From an uncultured virus (IMG/VR IMGVR_UViG_3300020173_001350) (lineage: Duplodnaviria; Heunggongvirae; Uroviricota; Caudoviricetes), in the IMG/VR virus record IMGVR_UViG_3300020173_001350: a DNA stretch of 60,113 nucleotides, one strand, 5' to 3'. The notes beneath the pieces are model-generated. The model searched no databases. It was given only the letters and a program-made list of their open reading frames with translations, and was not told the DNA's origin. A program made the translations under genes and the position numbers. Positions 36,960 to 46,362 of the stretch are shown here, in pieces. Numbering within the stretch: position 1 is the first letter of the stretch; each line of letters starts with the position of its first letter.

Positions 36960-37165
36960 GTGAATGGATTAAAAAACTTATAGGTATGCACACTTGTTTT
37001 AATTGTGAAAGCACTGTTAATAAGAAAGACATTTACAGTGTTGACATTGATACCGCGGATGGACCGTTACACCTAAAGCTATGTCAAAATTGTGCCGATG
37101 ACTTTGATGATATGCTTAAAGACCTTGAGGAGAACCTAAATGGTCAAAGAAATAACACCTTTTGA
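36956..37165 (+). CDS. Small Zn-finger protein
   Basis: CFNC...CQNC. Confidence 0.6.
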   Translation: MSEWIKKLIGMHTCFNCESTVNKKDIYSVDIDTADGPLHLKLCQNCADDFDDMLKDLEENLNGQRNNTF

Positions 37166-37535
37166 TTTTATGAACGCAGCCTCATTTTCAAAAGATGATT
37201 TGATTGCAAACCATGAAAACCCTGAGATGGCGGAAAATCTATATGTTCCATATATTGTTAACCGTGGGTTCACTAACTTTGAGGATTCCATTCTTCACGC
37301 AAACGAAATGAATCAAAGAGCACACTTATTCAAAGATGCGCAATTTCAATATTACCGAGGTGTATTGCGTAAACGTAAACGGTTTAGCAAATGGCCAAAA
37401 GCTGATAAAAGCAAAGACCTTGATGCCATTCAAGAAGTATACCAATGCAATAGAACAATTGCTAAACTCTATCTCAAAGCATTATCAACCGCTGATCTCA
37501 AAGAGGTACATTCCAAATTGAGCACAGGAGGGTAA
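37140..37535 (+). CDS. gp62: Clamp loader small subunit
   Basis: YVPYIVNRG, ANEMN, RKRKRFSKW. Confidence 0.9.
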   Translation: MVKEITPFDFMNAASFSKDDLIANHENPEMAENLYVPYIVNRGFTNFEDSILHANEMNQRAHLFKDAQFQYYRGVLRKRKRFSKWPKADKSKDLDAIQEVYQCNRTIAKLYLKALSTADLKEVHSKLSTGG

Positions 37536-37606
37536 GAAAATGATAAATATTCGGATGGTCATGAGAGCATCGCCTAAATAATAACAATAATAAAGGTGCT
37601 ATCGTT

Positions 37607-38014
37607 ATGCAAATTGAAGAAAACATTTTTAGAGGAGTAGGCATTGAAATTTCCCTACCAACGCAGGACAGCTTTCTAAAAATCAAAGAAACACTCACAC
37701 GTATTGGTATTTCATCTCGTAAAGAAAAGAAATTATACCAATCTTGCCACATCCTACATAAACAAGGTCGCTATGCAATTCTACATTTTAAAGAATTGTT
37801 TATCCTAGATGGTAAAAAGGACACGTTTATCGAAGAAGATAATGCAAGACGTAATACAATAGTTAACTTATTGGAAGAATGGGGTTTGGTTAATATTGTG
37901 AACACTGAAAAGGCGCAAGACCCAATTGCACCTTTAAACCAAATCAAAATTCTTTCACATAAAGAAAAAGATAATTGGATACTTGAAGCAAAATATAATA
38001 TTGGAAAGAAATAA
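37607..38014 (+). CDS. regA: Translational repressor RegA
   Basis: FLKIKETLTRIGI, LYQSCHILHKQGRY.I.HFKELF.LDG. Confidence 0.96.
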   Translation: MQIEENIFRGVGIEISLPTQDSFLKIKETLTRIGISSRKEKKLYQSCHILHKQGRYAILHFKELFILDGKKDTFIEEDNARRNTIVNLLEEWGLVNIVNTEKAQDPIAPLNQIKILSHKEKDNWILEAKYNIGKK

Positions 38015-38015
38015 T

Positions 38016-38525
38016 ATGAATGTTTATAAAATGAATGAGCGTGCTACGATGCCTGAATACGCAACAGAAGGATCGGCATGTTTTGATATAGCAGCCTGTA
38101 TTGAACAAAAACAAAGACTTGTTGGTTACAATACATGGAACAAGAAGTTGGATATTGTAGTGAAAGGTGTTGGACAAAAACCTGATGCCTTTCAACTACC
38201 ACCAGAGATGAGAGTACTCGTCCCTACAGGTTTAATCTTTGACGTACCAAAAGGTCACGTTATGAAGATGTATATTAGGTCAGGTACTGCACTTAAAAAA
38301 GGTTTAGCCATGGCAAATGGTGTTGGCATAATTGATTCTGATTATGTCGAGGAGTCGTTTATAATGCTCACGAATTTTAGTGATAGTCTTATTACTATTG
38401 AGCACGGTGAGCGATTAGCTCAATGTTTAATTGAACCAACAACAAACATTGAATTAAATGAAACCACAGAACGTCCAGAACAAAAAACCGAAAGAGACGG
38501 AGGGTTTGGTAGTACTGGAGAATAG
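38016..38525 (+). CDS. dut: dUTPase (trimeric)
   Basis: GSACFDI, RSG, GIIDSDY, RLAQ, RDGGFGSTG. Confidence 0.93.
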   Translation: MNVYKMNERATMPEYATEGSACFDIAACIEQKQRLVGYNTWNKKLDIVVKGVGQKPDAFQLPPEMRVLVPTGLIFDVPKGHVMKMYIRSGTALKKGLAMANGVGIIDSDYVEESFIMLTNFSDSLITIEHGERLAQCLIEPTTNIELNETTERPEQKTERDGGFGSTGE

Positions 38526-38534
38526 GAAGATGAT

Positions 38535-38855
38535 ATGAAATATCTAACACTACTTACAGCACTACTTGCGGCACCCGCTGTTGCCCAAGAATCAAATTAC
38601 CCACCATTTTATGCAATGCAATCTTGTGCCACGATGCAAGAGATTGCCGCAATTTCTCAAAGGCATAATGAACCGGTATTGTTTAATGGACAAATATTGA
38701 ATATTCATGCCTCAGGACAAACCATCAAAACTGAATTTGTTTTCACGGTTAATCAGGATACAGGTTCATGGACTTTAGTTTCATTATATCCTAATGGTAT
38801 TGCCTGCATGGTTGCCAATGGAAGTAATTTTCAGCCTTATACTGAAAATAATTAA
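38535..38855 (+). CDS. Secreted hypothetical protein
   Basis: Signal peptide; two Cys. Confidence 0.7.
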   Translation: MKYLTLLTALLAAPAVAQESNYPPFYAMQSCATMQEIAAISQRHNEPVLFNGQILNIHASGQTIKTEFVFTVNQDTGSWTLVSLYPNGIACMVANGSNFQPYTENN

Positions 38856-38900
38856 TTAAAACCATTGACATTTTAGAAAAATGTATTATATATACTGTAT

Positions 38901-38958
38901 AGGAATGCCGTAAAGGGTTCCTTATATTAATCTTGCTTATTTAAGGAGAAACAAAATG
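38901..38958 (+). promoter_or_regulatory. ROSE-like RNA thermometer in hsp20 5'UTR
   Basis: UCUU(G)CUU pairs with AAGGAGA SD with a bulged G; upstream hairpin 38901-38922; TTGACA at 38865. Confidence 0.6.
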
Positions 38959-39408
38959 AATACACGCAGATTAGATACGTCTATGTTAAATGATCCATTC
39001 TTCATCGGCTTTGACCGAATGATTGAAAGGATGAGACAAGAAACACCGAGTCAAGCAAACTATCCCCCTTATAATATTATCAAAACGTCAGATGAAACCT
39101 ATGAATTGCAGTTAGCAATTGCAGGCTTTACTTATGATGATTTGGACATTGAATTGAGAGATGGAACACTCACTATTGATGGAAATCAATCTCCCAAAGA
39201 AGATGAACCTGATTACCTGCACCGCGGTATTTCCGCACGTAACTTCCGCAGGACCTTTACATTATCGGATACGATTGTAGTAAACGGTGCAACACTTGAT
39301 AGCGGCATTCTAACTATTTCGTTAGAAAATGTAATTCCCGAAGAAAAGAAGCCTCGTAAAATTGCTATTAATAATGCTGCATCTGCAGTTGAACAACTCA
39401 ACGGATAA
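38956..39408 (+). CDS. hsp20: Small heat-shock protein Hsp20 (IbpA-like)
   Basis: NYPPYNI, LAIAGF, YLHRGISAR.FRRTFTL, GILTI, IPEEKKPRKI. Confidence 0.95.
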   Translation: MNTRRLDTSMLNDPFFIGFDRMIERMRQETPSQANYPPYNIIKTSDETYELQLAIAGFTYDDLDIELRDGTLTIDGNQSPKEDEPDYLHRGISARNFRRTFTLSDTIVVNGATLDSGILTISLENVIPEEKKPRKIAINNAASAVEQLNG

Positions 39409-39414
39409 TTACTA

Positions 39415-39443
39415 TTGACAAAATAATAAACTATGTTATATTG
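39415..39443 (+). promoter_or_regulatory. Early-type promoter
   Basis: CTATTGACA...TGTTATATTG. Confidence 0.6.
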
Positions 39444-39501
39444 ATTCTAATAACGGTCAAACCCTAACTGGGTTTGACTTTTAACACACACGGAGAATAA
39501 T

Positions 39502-39861
39502 ATGAAAAAAGTAAAACCCATTGGTTGGGCAACTACTATCTCAACACTAGCTGCTATTCCCAAAGACATGTGGGACAGCGTAATGACAGTCGAAAAATCA
39601 CCACTACGCAACTTAGACCCCATGGTAGCACATATGATCTTCCAGAGTCTATTCTTTATTTGGTCTGGTATTTTTGCCCTAATGGTAGGAAGCTATATTG
39701 CTTTCGGTCTTAGTGCCACGTTTCACCTATTACTTATTAGTGGTATTACAATCACAGCCGTGACATTCCGTCAAGCTGAAAACAATCCTAAGTCATTTAA
39801 CAACATTTTAAAATCAGGCCGTAAATATGATGGCCGTGCGAATGGTGGCGAGCATGAGTGA
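39502..39861 (+). CDS. Membrane protein
   Basis: WDSVM...SPLRNL; two TM helices. Confidence 0.75.
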   Translation: MKKVKPIGWATTISTLAAIPKDMWDSVMTVEKSPLRNLDPMVAHMIFQSLFFIWSGIFALMVGSYIAFGLSATFHLLLISGITITAVTFRQAENNPKSFNNILKSGRKYDGRANGGEHE

Positions 39862-40024
39862 ACAAACACAATATTGCACAACTAAAGGATTAGGCTGGGC
39901 GTTTGCAATTATTATTTTTATGATTGCGGTATTACCGGTACTAATGCTAATGGCAATGGTTGGCCTTGAAGAATATGGTCGTTATTGTAATGTTAATATC
40001 TTACCTTGCTTTGGGCTGAACTGA
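39854..40024 (+). CDS. Small membrane protein
   Basis: MSEQTQYC..., one TM. Confidence 0.6.
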   Translation: MSEQTQYCTTKGLGWAFAIIIFMIAVLPVLMLMAMVGLEEYGRYCNVNILPCFGLN

Positions 40025-40209
40025 TGCATATTATAAGATCAAAAGATGGTGAAGTTATTGCATTAGCATCACGTTTAGAGGATGCTATTGCAATCGCAGA
40101 CGGATCTCGAGTTGATAAAGAAGACTATATTATTCAAGAGTCAACTGACCAACAAGAACTTGCTGAAATTTATCGCTCTTATTATGGGTATGTGACGCCC
40201 AGTAGATAA
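40024..40209 (+). CDS. Hypothetical protein
   Basis: TGATG coupling. Confidence 0.55.
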   Translation: MHIIRSKDGEVIALASRLEDAIAIADGSRVDKEDYIIQESTDQQELAEIYRSYYGYVTPSR

Positions 40210-40238
40210 GTACCGATAATGCTAAGAGGTAACAGGAC

Positions 40239-40475
40239 ATGAAATGGTTAATAGTTTTTACAATGTTAGAAGCAGAACCTTTTGCATTAAAGAGCTTACC
40301 TTTTGAAACGCAAAACGTATGTAAACAATATATCAACAATCCTGCTAATAGTGATAGGCTTGCAATAGAAGTTATTGATGTTGCAGGATTTAACGATACA
40401 ATATTAAATGTTGCTTGTATGCCAGCAAACAAAATTACAAAAGAGATATTAAATGAAACCCAACAAAAAATTTGA
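40239..40475 (+). CDS. Hypothetical protein
   Basis: RBS and ORF. Confidence 0.6.
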   Translation: MKWLIVFTMLEAEPFALKSLPFETQNVCKQYINNPANSDRLAIEVIDVAGFNDTILNVACMPANKITKEILNETQQKI

Positions 40476-40671
40476 TTTGTCGGTCAGAGACATTGAAGTA
40501 ATAGAACAAGCACTAAGAGCAAAGGCTGGTCGTAGAGGATTAGCTATTGCTCAAGGTAATGCATCAGAACAATCTCGTGCTGAAATGCATGAGATACAAG
40601 AATTACTTGGACGCATTCATAACCAAAAAAATTGGTATCGTTCAAGTAAAAAGTGGGCAGGTGGAGGATGA
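40453..40671 (+). CDS. Hypothetical protein
   Basis: FDLSVRDIEVIE.AL...LLGRIHNQKNWYR. Confidence 0.7.
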   Translation: MKPNKKFDLSVRDIEVIEQALRAKAGRRGLAIAQGNASEQSRAEMHEIQELLGRIHNQKNWYRSSKKWAGGG

Positions 40672-40709
40672 ACCTTTGTCGCCCTTTTAACACACACAGG
40701 AGAACAAAA

Positions 40710-40919
40710 ATGTTTAACGACTTTACAACTAACTACTGGATTGACCATGTTCAGTCTACAAAGAAAACAATGGTTGATACATTGGTAAAAGACGAAAAAT
40801 TGTCTGCGCCACTGCATGCTTTTATTGAAGCTCAAACAGCTTTTTCAAAGGTTGCTATGAAATCAATGGCTGATTTTATGAATGCGTCTGGTGAAACCGC
40901 AGCTAAGGTAATGAAATAA
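40710..40919 (+). CDS. Hypothetical helical protein
   Basis: AGGAG RBS. Confidence 0.7.
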   Translation: MFNDFTTNYWIDHVQSTKKTMVDTLVKDEKLSAPLHAFIEAQTAFSKVAMKSMADFMNASGETAAKVMK

Positions 40920-41137
40920 TGAGTAAAAATCCTTTTGAAATTCGTGCCGATATGTTGCAAATGGCTAAAGAGTATATGGATCAAATCCATGAAACTAACC
41001 ATCATTACGCAGCTAAGATGTTTGAATTAGGACAAATTCAATTTGAAGAATATCAAAAAATGACTGAGTTATATTCAGTCGAGGAACTTACGAAAAAAGC
41101 TACAGAAATGTACTCGTTTGTCTCAAATAAAGATTAA
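40919..41137 (+). CDS. Hypothetical protein
   Basis: NPFEIRADMLQMAKEY...A.EMYSFVS. Confidence 0.75.
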   Translation: MSKNPFEIRADMLQMAKEYMDQIHETNHHYAAKMFELGQIQFEEYQKMTELYSVEELTKKATEMYSFVSNKD

Positions 41138-41146
41138 AAAATGACT

Positions 41147-41173
41147 GAAAGGGGCTTCGGTCCCTTTCTTTTA
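41147..41173 (+). terminator. Intrinsic terminator
   Basis: GAAAGGGGC-TTCG-GTCCCTTTC-TTTT. Confidence 0.85.
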
Positions 41174-41189
41174 CTATGTGAGGTGATAA

Positions 41190-42587
41190 ATGATTTTTAA
41201 ATTGATGGGTAATCTTATTATTGATGAGAGTAAACCAACCGTTATTTTTATGGATAAAGGAAATCATAATTCCTATACGCACATCTACGGCCCAGCTCGT
41301 ATTGTAAAAGAAAACATTAAAGACAAATATAATATTATTACAATCGGTGCAGGTTGCGGCCTCACTGATAATTACTATGAACTCCAACGTGGTGCTACCG
41401 ATAGTCTTTTAAGAAAAGAAGGTAACGGACCTGACTATAAGGAAAAGAATGCAATTACAATGCGTTCTTGGTTGGATGATAGTTTTGTTGATTTACCTGT
41501 TGTTGACCACATCATTTTAGGTACTGATGATTTCTTTAGGCTGCCATTACAAAAGTTTTGTGGTAAAGATTATTCTGAATTCCTACATAATATGCAAAAC
41601 GAATTCTTTGATTATATTGGTACTGATTCTGATATAATGCAAAAAATTGATGAAATGAATACCGATATGACTTCTAATTGGGATAAGCGTGTATCACCAT
41701 ATGCGTTTAGTACAAAAGATTACTTTTGGTTTATGGAGTGTATTGGATATATCAATAAAGTAAATAAATTGAATAAAGAATTGATTGCCTTTTCAATTGA
41801 TCCTGCAATCTATACACCGTACTTTGATAAAATGGGAATTAAAACGAAACTGTTTTATTTTGCCGATGATACACGTGGTACAAGAAACTTTCAACAACTT
41901 GATATATCACAATTACAGCATATTATCTATGATGAAAAATTTAAACCAAAAACACTCGATAGTTTCTTTGATGATGAAGTTAAGAAAACTCATAATATGT
42001 TTTTTGCCGGTACGTTATTTCAGGACAAAGGCAGTAGGAGATTTATTTGGGATAAGTTTCTAAAGGATGTCAAATCCGATGATTGTTCTTATTATATTCC
42101 ATTAAGAAAGAATGGTGTTAATAAATCAAAGGACGGTAGATCAGAACGAGCGGAAACAACTCTTAAAGAAACTGCTGCATTTACAGAACTATATAATAAT
42201 GTTATAGAACATAAAAATTATAAAGAAGCATTGCTTCCGTCCGAGGTCAATGATAAAACAAAAAGATATAAGTATGGAATGATTTTTAGATGCGTGTCAA
42301 TTAATGACTCACTAAACTTTAGACCTGTACTATATGCCTATTCCGATATTGTACCATTTCTTGATCCACAATATGATCCTGATTGTTTACAAATACCTAA
42401 ACATATTCAAGAAAAATTGTTAGTCGCTAATGCGTGGGATATTGATGAAAGAATTAAATACTTTAACGATAATGATTCAGTAAGGATTGAAATCCTGAAT
42501 GAGCTTAAAGATCTATTTAATATAAACCAATATATTAATGATCCGCAAACTGCAATTGATAACCAAATTAAAAAGATATTTAGTTAA
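41190..42587 (+). CDS. Second T4 beta-glucosyltransferase-like DNA glycosyltransferase
   Basis: C-half resembles T4 BGT by eye (KKTHNMFFAGT...R; NDSLNFR...SDIVPFLDPQYD; V.N..DIDERI...DSVRIEIL); internal KTLDSFF. Confidence 0.6.
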   Translation: MIFKLMGNLIIDESKPTVIFMDKGNHNSYTHIYGPARIVKENIKDKYNIITIGAGCGLTDNYYELQRGATDSLLRKEGNGPDYKEKNAITMRSWLDDSFVDLPVVDHIILGTDDFFRLPLQKFCGKDYSEFLHNMQNEFFDYIGTDSDIMQKIDEMNTDMTSNWDKRVSPYAFSTKDYFWFMECIGYINKVNKLNKELIAFSIDPAIYTPYFDKMGIKTKLFYFADDTRGTRNFQQLDISQLQHIIYDEKFKPKTLDSFFDDEVKKTHNMFFAGTLFQDKGSRRFIWDKFLKDVKSDDCSYYIPLRKNGVNKSKDGRSERAETTLKETAAFTELYNNVIEHKNYKEALLPSEVNDKTKRYKYGMIFRCVSINDSLNFRPVLYAYSDIVPFLDPQYDPDCLQIPKHIQEKLLVANAWDIDERIKYFNDNDSVRIEILNELKDLFNINQYINDPQTAIDNQIKKIFS

Positions 42588-44706
42588 TACCTGGTGGCAA
42601 ATTATTAAACGGATCATCGGTAGCACCGCCGTGCAGACTTGTACCGTTCATTCTAACATTTGCCTGTGACTTAGAACCTTCAGTATAATTCATTGGGGCG
42701 TTAACGGTATCACCCATATGGATGTTATATTGTCCGCCTGTGCCTATTGCACCTGCTGCAACCATTTGTGCTCGTGCCATTTGGCGCTGTGCTGATGGGT
42801 AACTAGTATTCCTTGCTTGATTAATACGGAAACCATCCATAGATGTAGTACCTTCAGGTTTTGTACGTGAATAACGAACAAATTGTCCTGCAGCATTAAA
42901 TACTGAATAACGGCGCAATCCCAAAAATCCTCCACTTTCATTTTTTTCATAATAAGTTGCTTGACTTGCAATACGAGCATTGCCACCTTTAATTTCTGCT
43001 TCTCTTGCTAAGAGTTCCCATTGGGAAGGTTGTGCTGCTCGTTCTGCTCTTGCCCTTGCTTTATCTTCCATATACTTATCAACTGAATCTCGTAACATCG
43101 CAGCAATTTCCATATACAGTGCACGGTGTGCTGGGTTGAATTGGTTATAAGGACCTACTCCTCCAACATGGAAAAATATTGAAGTAGTAGCTGCGGCGAT
43201 ATCAGCAGCAATACCAGTAATACTAGGCATTGCCACACCGACTGATTCTAAACCGGCGGTTGTATAATCTCCTATTATAAGACTATATGCTACAAACCCA
43301 AGACCTATAACTGCACCAACAGCGGGAATCCATTTTACCGCGATTTTAGTGGTTTCAGATGCTACCATTTTTTTCATCAAACCTCGGTCAGCATTTGCTA
43401 AAAGTTCTGCACCCTGCTTTTCTCCAACTTGCAACATTCTTCGTGCCTCTGCTAAACCAGCATCCCCACCCCTTGGGCCGACACGTGGTTGTCGAGGCGC
43501 CTTACCATAATTTGGTAAACCGTCAGGTCCAAATCCTGCAGCTGATAATCGTTGTTGCGCCACATCCCTTGGCATAAACCTATTATTATTATCCATATCT
43601 TGATAAATAAAACCAGAAGGTGTTTCTGTAATATTAATATTAGGCGCGGCCATTTGACCCGGTGCTGTAAACATTTTGCCAGGGTGAGGTAATGACGGTG
43701 GTTGAATTCTATATCTATTAGGACCAGCGGCATCAGCATATGCTGCTTGTTGCAATGCGACTGATGCTGAGATTGCCGCCGTACGTTTTGCCGCTGCTTC
43801 TGCTGCTTCTTCACTTGCAACTTTTGCTGCCTGCTCCGCCGCGATAGCAATTAACTTATCATCAGATGCAGCAGTTTGAGCTGCTTTCTTAGCCGCCGCT
43901 TCCGCTGCTTGCTTTGCTGCAACTTCTGCTGCTTCTTTTGCCGCTGCTTCTGCTGCTTCTTTCGCTGCTCGCTCTTGTGCTTCTTTAATTGCCTTCGCTT
44001 GTGCTAAACCAGCATCACCTTGCCTTGCACCCTTAAATACTTTATATGCACCAGTAGCAGCACCTGCGGCAAGACCAAAGCCAAACCGACCTGCTCTTGA
44101 TGGAAGAAGGGCAAGTCCTGCAAGTGTGATCGCAAGGGCTTCCCATGGTACAGCATCTTTAAATTTTTGAATATCTGTTTTTATTTCATTAACGGTTCGT
44201 GTTAATTCAGCGGCTGCCTGGTTCATACCGTCAATAGTTCCTCGCAAGTCCGCTACTGTATCTTTGATACCGTCAAATGCATTAGGAAATCTTTCATCCA
44301 TAAACCCTTTACCTATAAGGCCTGCGGCAGCAAGTCCTGCACCACCTGCAAGTAATTTGGTAAGGTTACCTAAGTTAAATGCTTTTGTAACACCGTCAAT
44401 TAATTTTGCGTCACGGGCTTCGGCATTCTTACGAGTATCATCAGAAAGCTTTTCTGATTTTAAATCATCAAATTCCTGTTGTCTTTTTGTGTACTCGTAT
44501 TGTTCTTCCGCAATACCTTGTGCTTGCTTTAGCATTACGCTTTGAGCTTGTATTCCATTGTTAATTGATTTGAAAACATCACCAAACTTGTCGAGTTTTG
44601 AACTGACTGATTTTAATGAATTTGTTCCACTATTACGGATCAGGTCACCTTCATCCCTAAGCCTTTGAATGATTGCTTCTGTATCTTTGGAATATTCTCT
44701 AGCCAT
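42580..44706 (-). CDS. Baseplate hub/tape-measure-like protein with Ala/Glu/Lys repeats
   Basis: Next to gp51/gp26; helical, hydrophobic segments, AAKEAAEAAA repeats. Confidence 0.5.
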   Translation of the reverse strand: MAREYSKDTEAIIQRLRDEGDLIRNSGTNSLKSVSSKLDKFGDVFKSINNGIQAQSVMLKQAQGIAEEQYEYTKRQQEFDDLKSEKLSDDTRKNAEARDAKLIDGVTKAFNLGNLTKLLAGGAGLAAAGLIGKGFMDERFPNAFDGIKDTVADLRGTIDGMNQAAAELTRTVNEIKTDIQKFKDAVPWEALAITLAGLALLPSRAGRFGFGLAAGAATGAYKVFKGARQGDAGLAQAKAIKEAQERAAKEAAEAAAKEAAEVAAKQAAEAAAKKAAQTAASDDKLIAIAAEQAAKVASEEAAEAAAKRTAAISASVALQQAAYADAAGPNRYRIQPPSLPHPGKMFTAPGQMAAPNINITETPSGFIYQDMDNNNRFMPRDVAQQRLSAAGFGPDGLPNYGKAPRQPRVGPRGGDAGLAEARRMLQVGEKQGAELLANADRGLMKKMVASETTKIAVKWIPAVGAVIGLGFVAYSLIIGDYTTAGLESVGVAMPSITGIAADIAAATTSIFFHVGGVGPYNQFNPAHRALYMEIAAMLRDSVDKYMEDKARARAERAAQPSQWELLAREAEIKGGNARIASQATYYEKNESGGFLGLRRYSVFNAAGQFVRYSRTKPEGTTSMDGFRINQARNTSYPSAQRQMARAQMVAAGAIGTGGQYNIHMGDTVNAPMNYTEGSKSQANVRMNGTSLHGGATDDPFNNLPPGIN
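43786..43961. repeat. Intragenic low-complexity repeats (26-nt direct repeat at 43786 and 43936)
   Basis: TTTTGCCGCTGCTTCTGCTGCTTCTT occurs twice; encodes EAAEAAAK. Confidence 0.75.
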
Positions 44707-44711
44707 GTTTC

Positions 44712-44876
44712 TTACCTATTCTCGTTTTGCTTTTCCATGAACTCAATTAACATTGTAAAATATAATTCTTTTTCATACGGTACCAAACTTTCAATATCTG
44801 ATATAGAATACTTATGATGTTGTACCAGAGCAAACATCGTTTGGTAATATTCGCTCAGTGATGAATGGCACAACAT
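44712..44876 (-). CDS. gp51: Baseplate hub assembly catalyst gp51-like
   Basis: Below ORF-track cutoff: YYQTMFALVQHHKYSISDIESLVPYEKELY. Confidence 0.8.
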   Translation of the reverse strand: MLCHSSLSEYYQTMFALVQHHKYSISDIESLVPYEKELYFTMLIEFMEKQNENR

Positions 44877-45577
44877 TATGTAAAAAAACTTCGCATTCCT
44901 TCTATTACAAAGTTTTTAGTGTCACCGTTTTTATTCTTGTATGTTTTAGTGTGTCTTATTTTTGGCATTGTTTCAAAAAATAGTCTAATACCGTCAACGA
45001 CCGGGGTTGTCACATCTTCCATGAATTGATCTATTTCTTTTTGTGAATACTTTGAAAACTCATAAACTTCATCTTCCGATGCAACTTTATCCAAACAGGA
45101 AACCATAATTTGATATGATACCAATGGATCCTCTTCGTCCATTTCAGTAATCTTAATATACTCATCAATCGAAGGATACTTTAAAATTAATGTGTAATCT
45201 TCATTGATCCTAACTTTGTTAGTATGCTTATCATTTTTAATAATTTCAGTGTCCATTAAATCAATTGAAATATCAACAGTTTCTTCTGTCTCAGGATCAG
45301 TGATCTGCATTTCAATTAAGTTATCAACGGATTTTGATCTCAATGTTAATAGAATAAGCTCAAGATCAAACATTGCTAATTTATTAACATCATAGTCAAT
45401 CAAACAGTTATTTACAATTTGCTTTGATGCAACCATTTCTTGTGTACTATCTTTAGATGCTTGAGCAACTAATAGAATCTTTTCTTCTTTAACCGTGAAG
45501 GGACGGTACTTGATAGTTTCACCGGTTGATGGCAATTCCATCTCATAAATCGGCAAATCAATTTTTGGTAGTGTCAT
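44876..45577 (-). CDS. gp26: Baseplate hub subunit gp26
   Basis: LPKIDLPIYEMELPSTG..IKYRPFTVKEEKILL; FFETMPK; IEGMRSFF. Confidence 0.9.
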   Translation of the reverse strand: MTLPKIDLPIYEMELPSTGETIKYRPFTVKEEKILLVAQASKDSTQEMVASKQIVNNCLIDYDVNKLAMFDLELILLTLRSKSVDNLIEMQITDPETEETVDISIDLMDTEIIKNDKHTNKVRINEDYTLILKYPSIDEYIKITEMDEEDPLVSYQIMVSCLDKVASEDEVYEFSKYSQKEIDQFMEDVTTPVVDGIRLFFETMPKIRHTKTYKNKNGDTKNFVIEGMRSFFT

Positions 45578-45594
45578 AATTTATCTCTCTCTTA

Positions 45595-46362
45595 TTATCT
45601 AAATATTTTTGATATATTATCGAAATCGCTTCTTACTTTAGTAAACTTATTAATTGCATCTTGAATACCAACAGGTCTTAAACCTTGTTGAATTGTTTGA
45701 CCAATGCTTCCTACTGATTCGAGTAATGATAACAATCCTGCACCTCGTCCAAACCGTTCAAGTGTTCCAACCAAACCAACCTTTTCTCCACTAAATGCAA
45801 TGCGATCGTATGCAAACGCAACAGGTAATGTGCCAAAGCTGTCATTGTTTTCCCACGCCAAATCAATATCACCAATGATTGTTGGATAACATCCGTCAAG
45901 AATTGTTTCATAATAAGTTTCAATTTTGCCACGTGTTGAATAATATTTGATAATCATTCGGCATGAATACTCATCTTTGTATCCCACCTCATACGGCAGT
46001 TGCCCATCAACCTCGGCAAAGCTTCCACCTTTTGAACCGTAATTTACAACTGACTGTATCCATGAATGGAAATAACTCACAACAGCATGGTCGGAGTCAA
46101 GCATAAAGATTGTATTAAATTGTTGGTTATCCATTCCTACGGGAAACTGTTTTGGCAATTGGCCAATCTGTTCAAGTGTTTCTGTTCTTACAGTTAAACC
46201 TGGTACCGCGGCAGTTTTACAAAAGAATGTAAGTTCTCTTGGTGTTAATCCTGATTCAATTCTAACACCAGGTGGTATGATTTGAACTTCAAATAATGAG
46301 GTATGAGCAGGTCCACCGTAACGGTCCATATTTGATTTAAATTTTGATATGTTAAAAGACAT
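45595..46362 (-). CDS. Tail tube initiator gp54 / gp19-like
   Basis: FEVQI, VPG, FHSWI, YP..IGDIDLAW, LPVAFAY. Confidence 0.7.
   Translation of the reverse strand: MSFNISKFKSNMDRYGGPAHTSLFEVQIIPPGVRIESGLTPRELTFFCKTAAVPGLTVRTETLEQIGQLPKQFPVGMDNQQFNTIFMLDSDHAVVSYFHSWIQSVVNYGSKGGSFAEVDGQLPYEVGYKDEYSCRMIIKYYSTRGKIETYYETILDGCYPTIIGDIDLAWENNDSFGTLPVAFAYDRIAFSGEKVGLVGTLERFGRGAGLLSLLESVGSIGQTIQQGLRPVGIQDAINKFTKVRSDFDNISKIFR

Noticed and set aside
43786..43990. CRISPR-like or DGR repeat
   Set aside because: Repeats are in-frame Ala/Glu/Lys coding low complexity; no spacers, cas genes or reverse transcriptase
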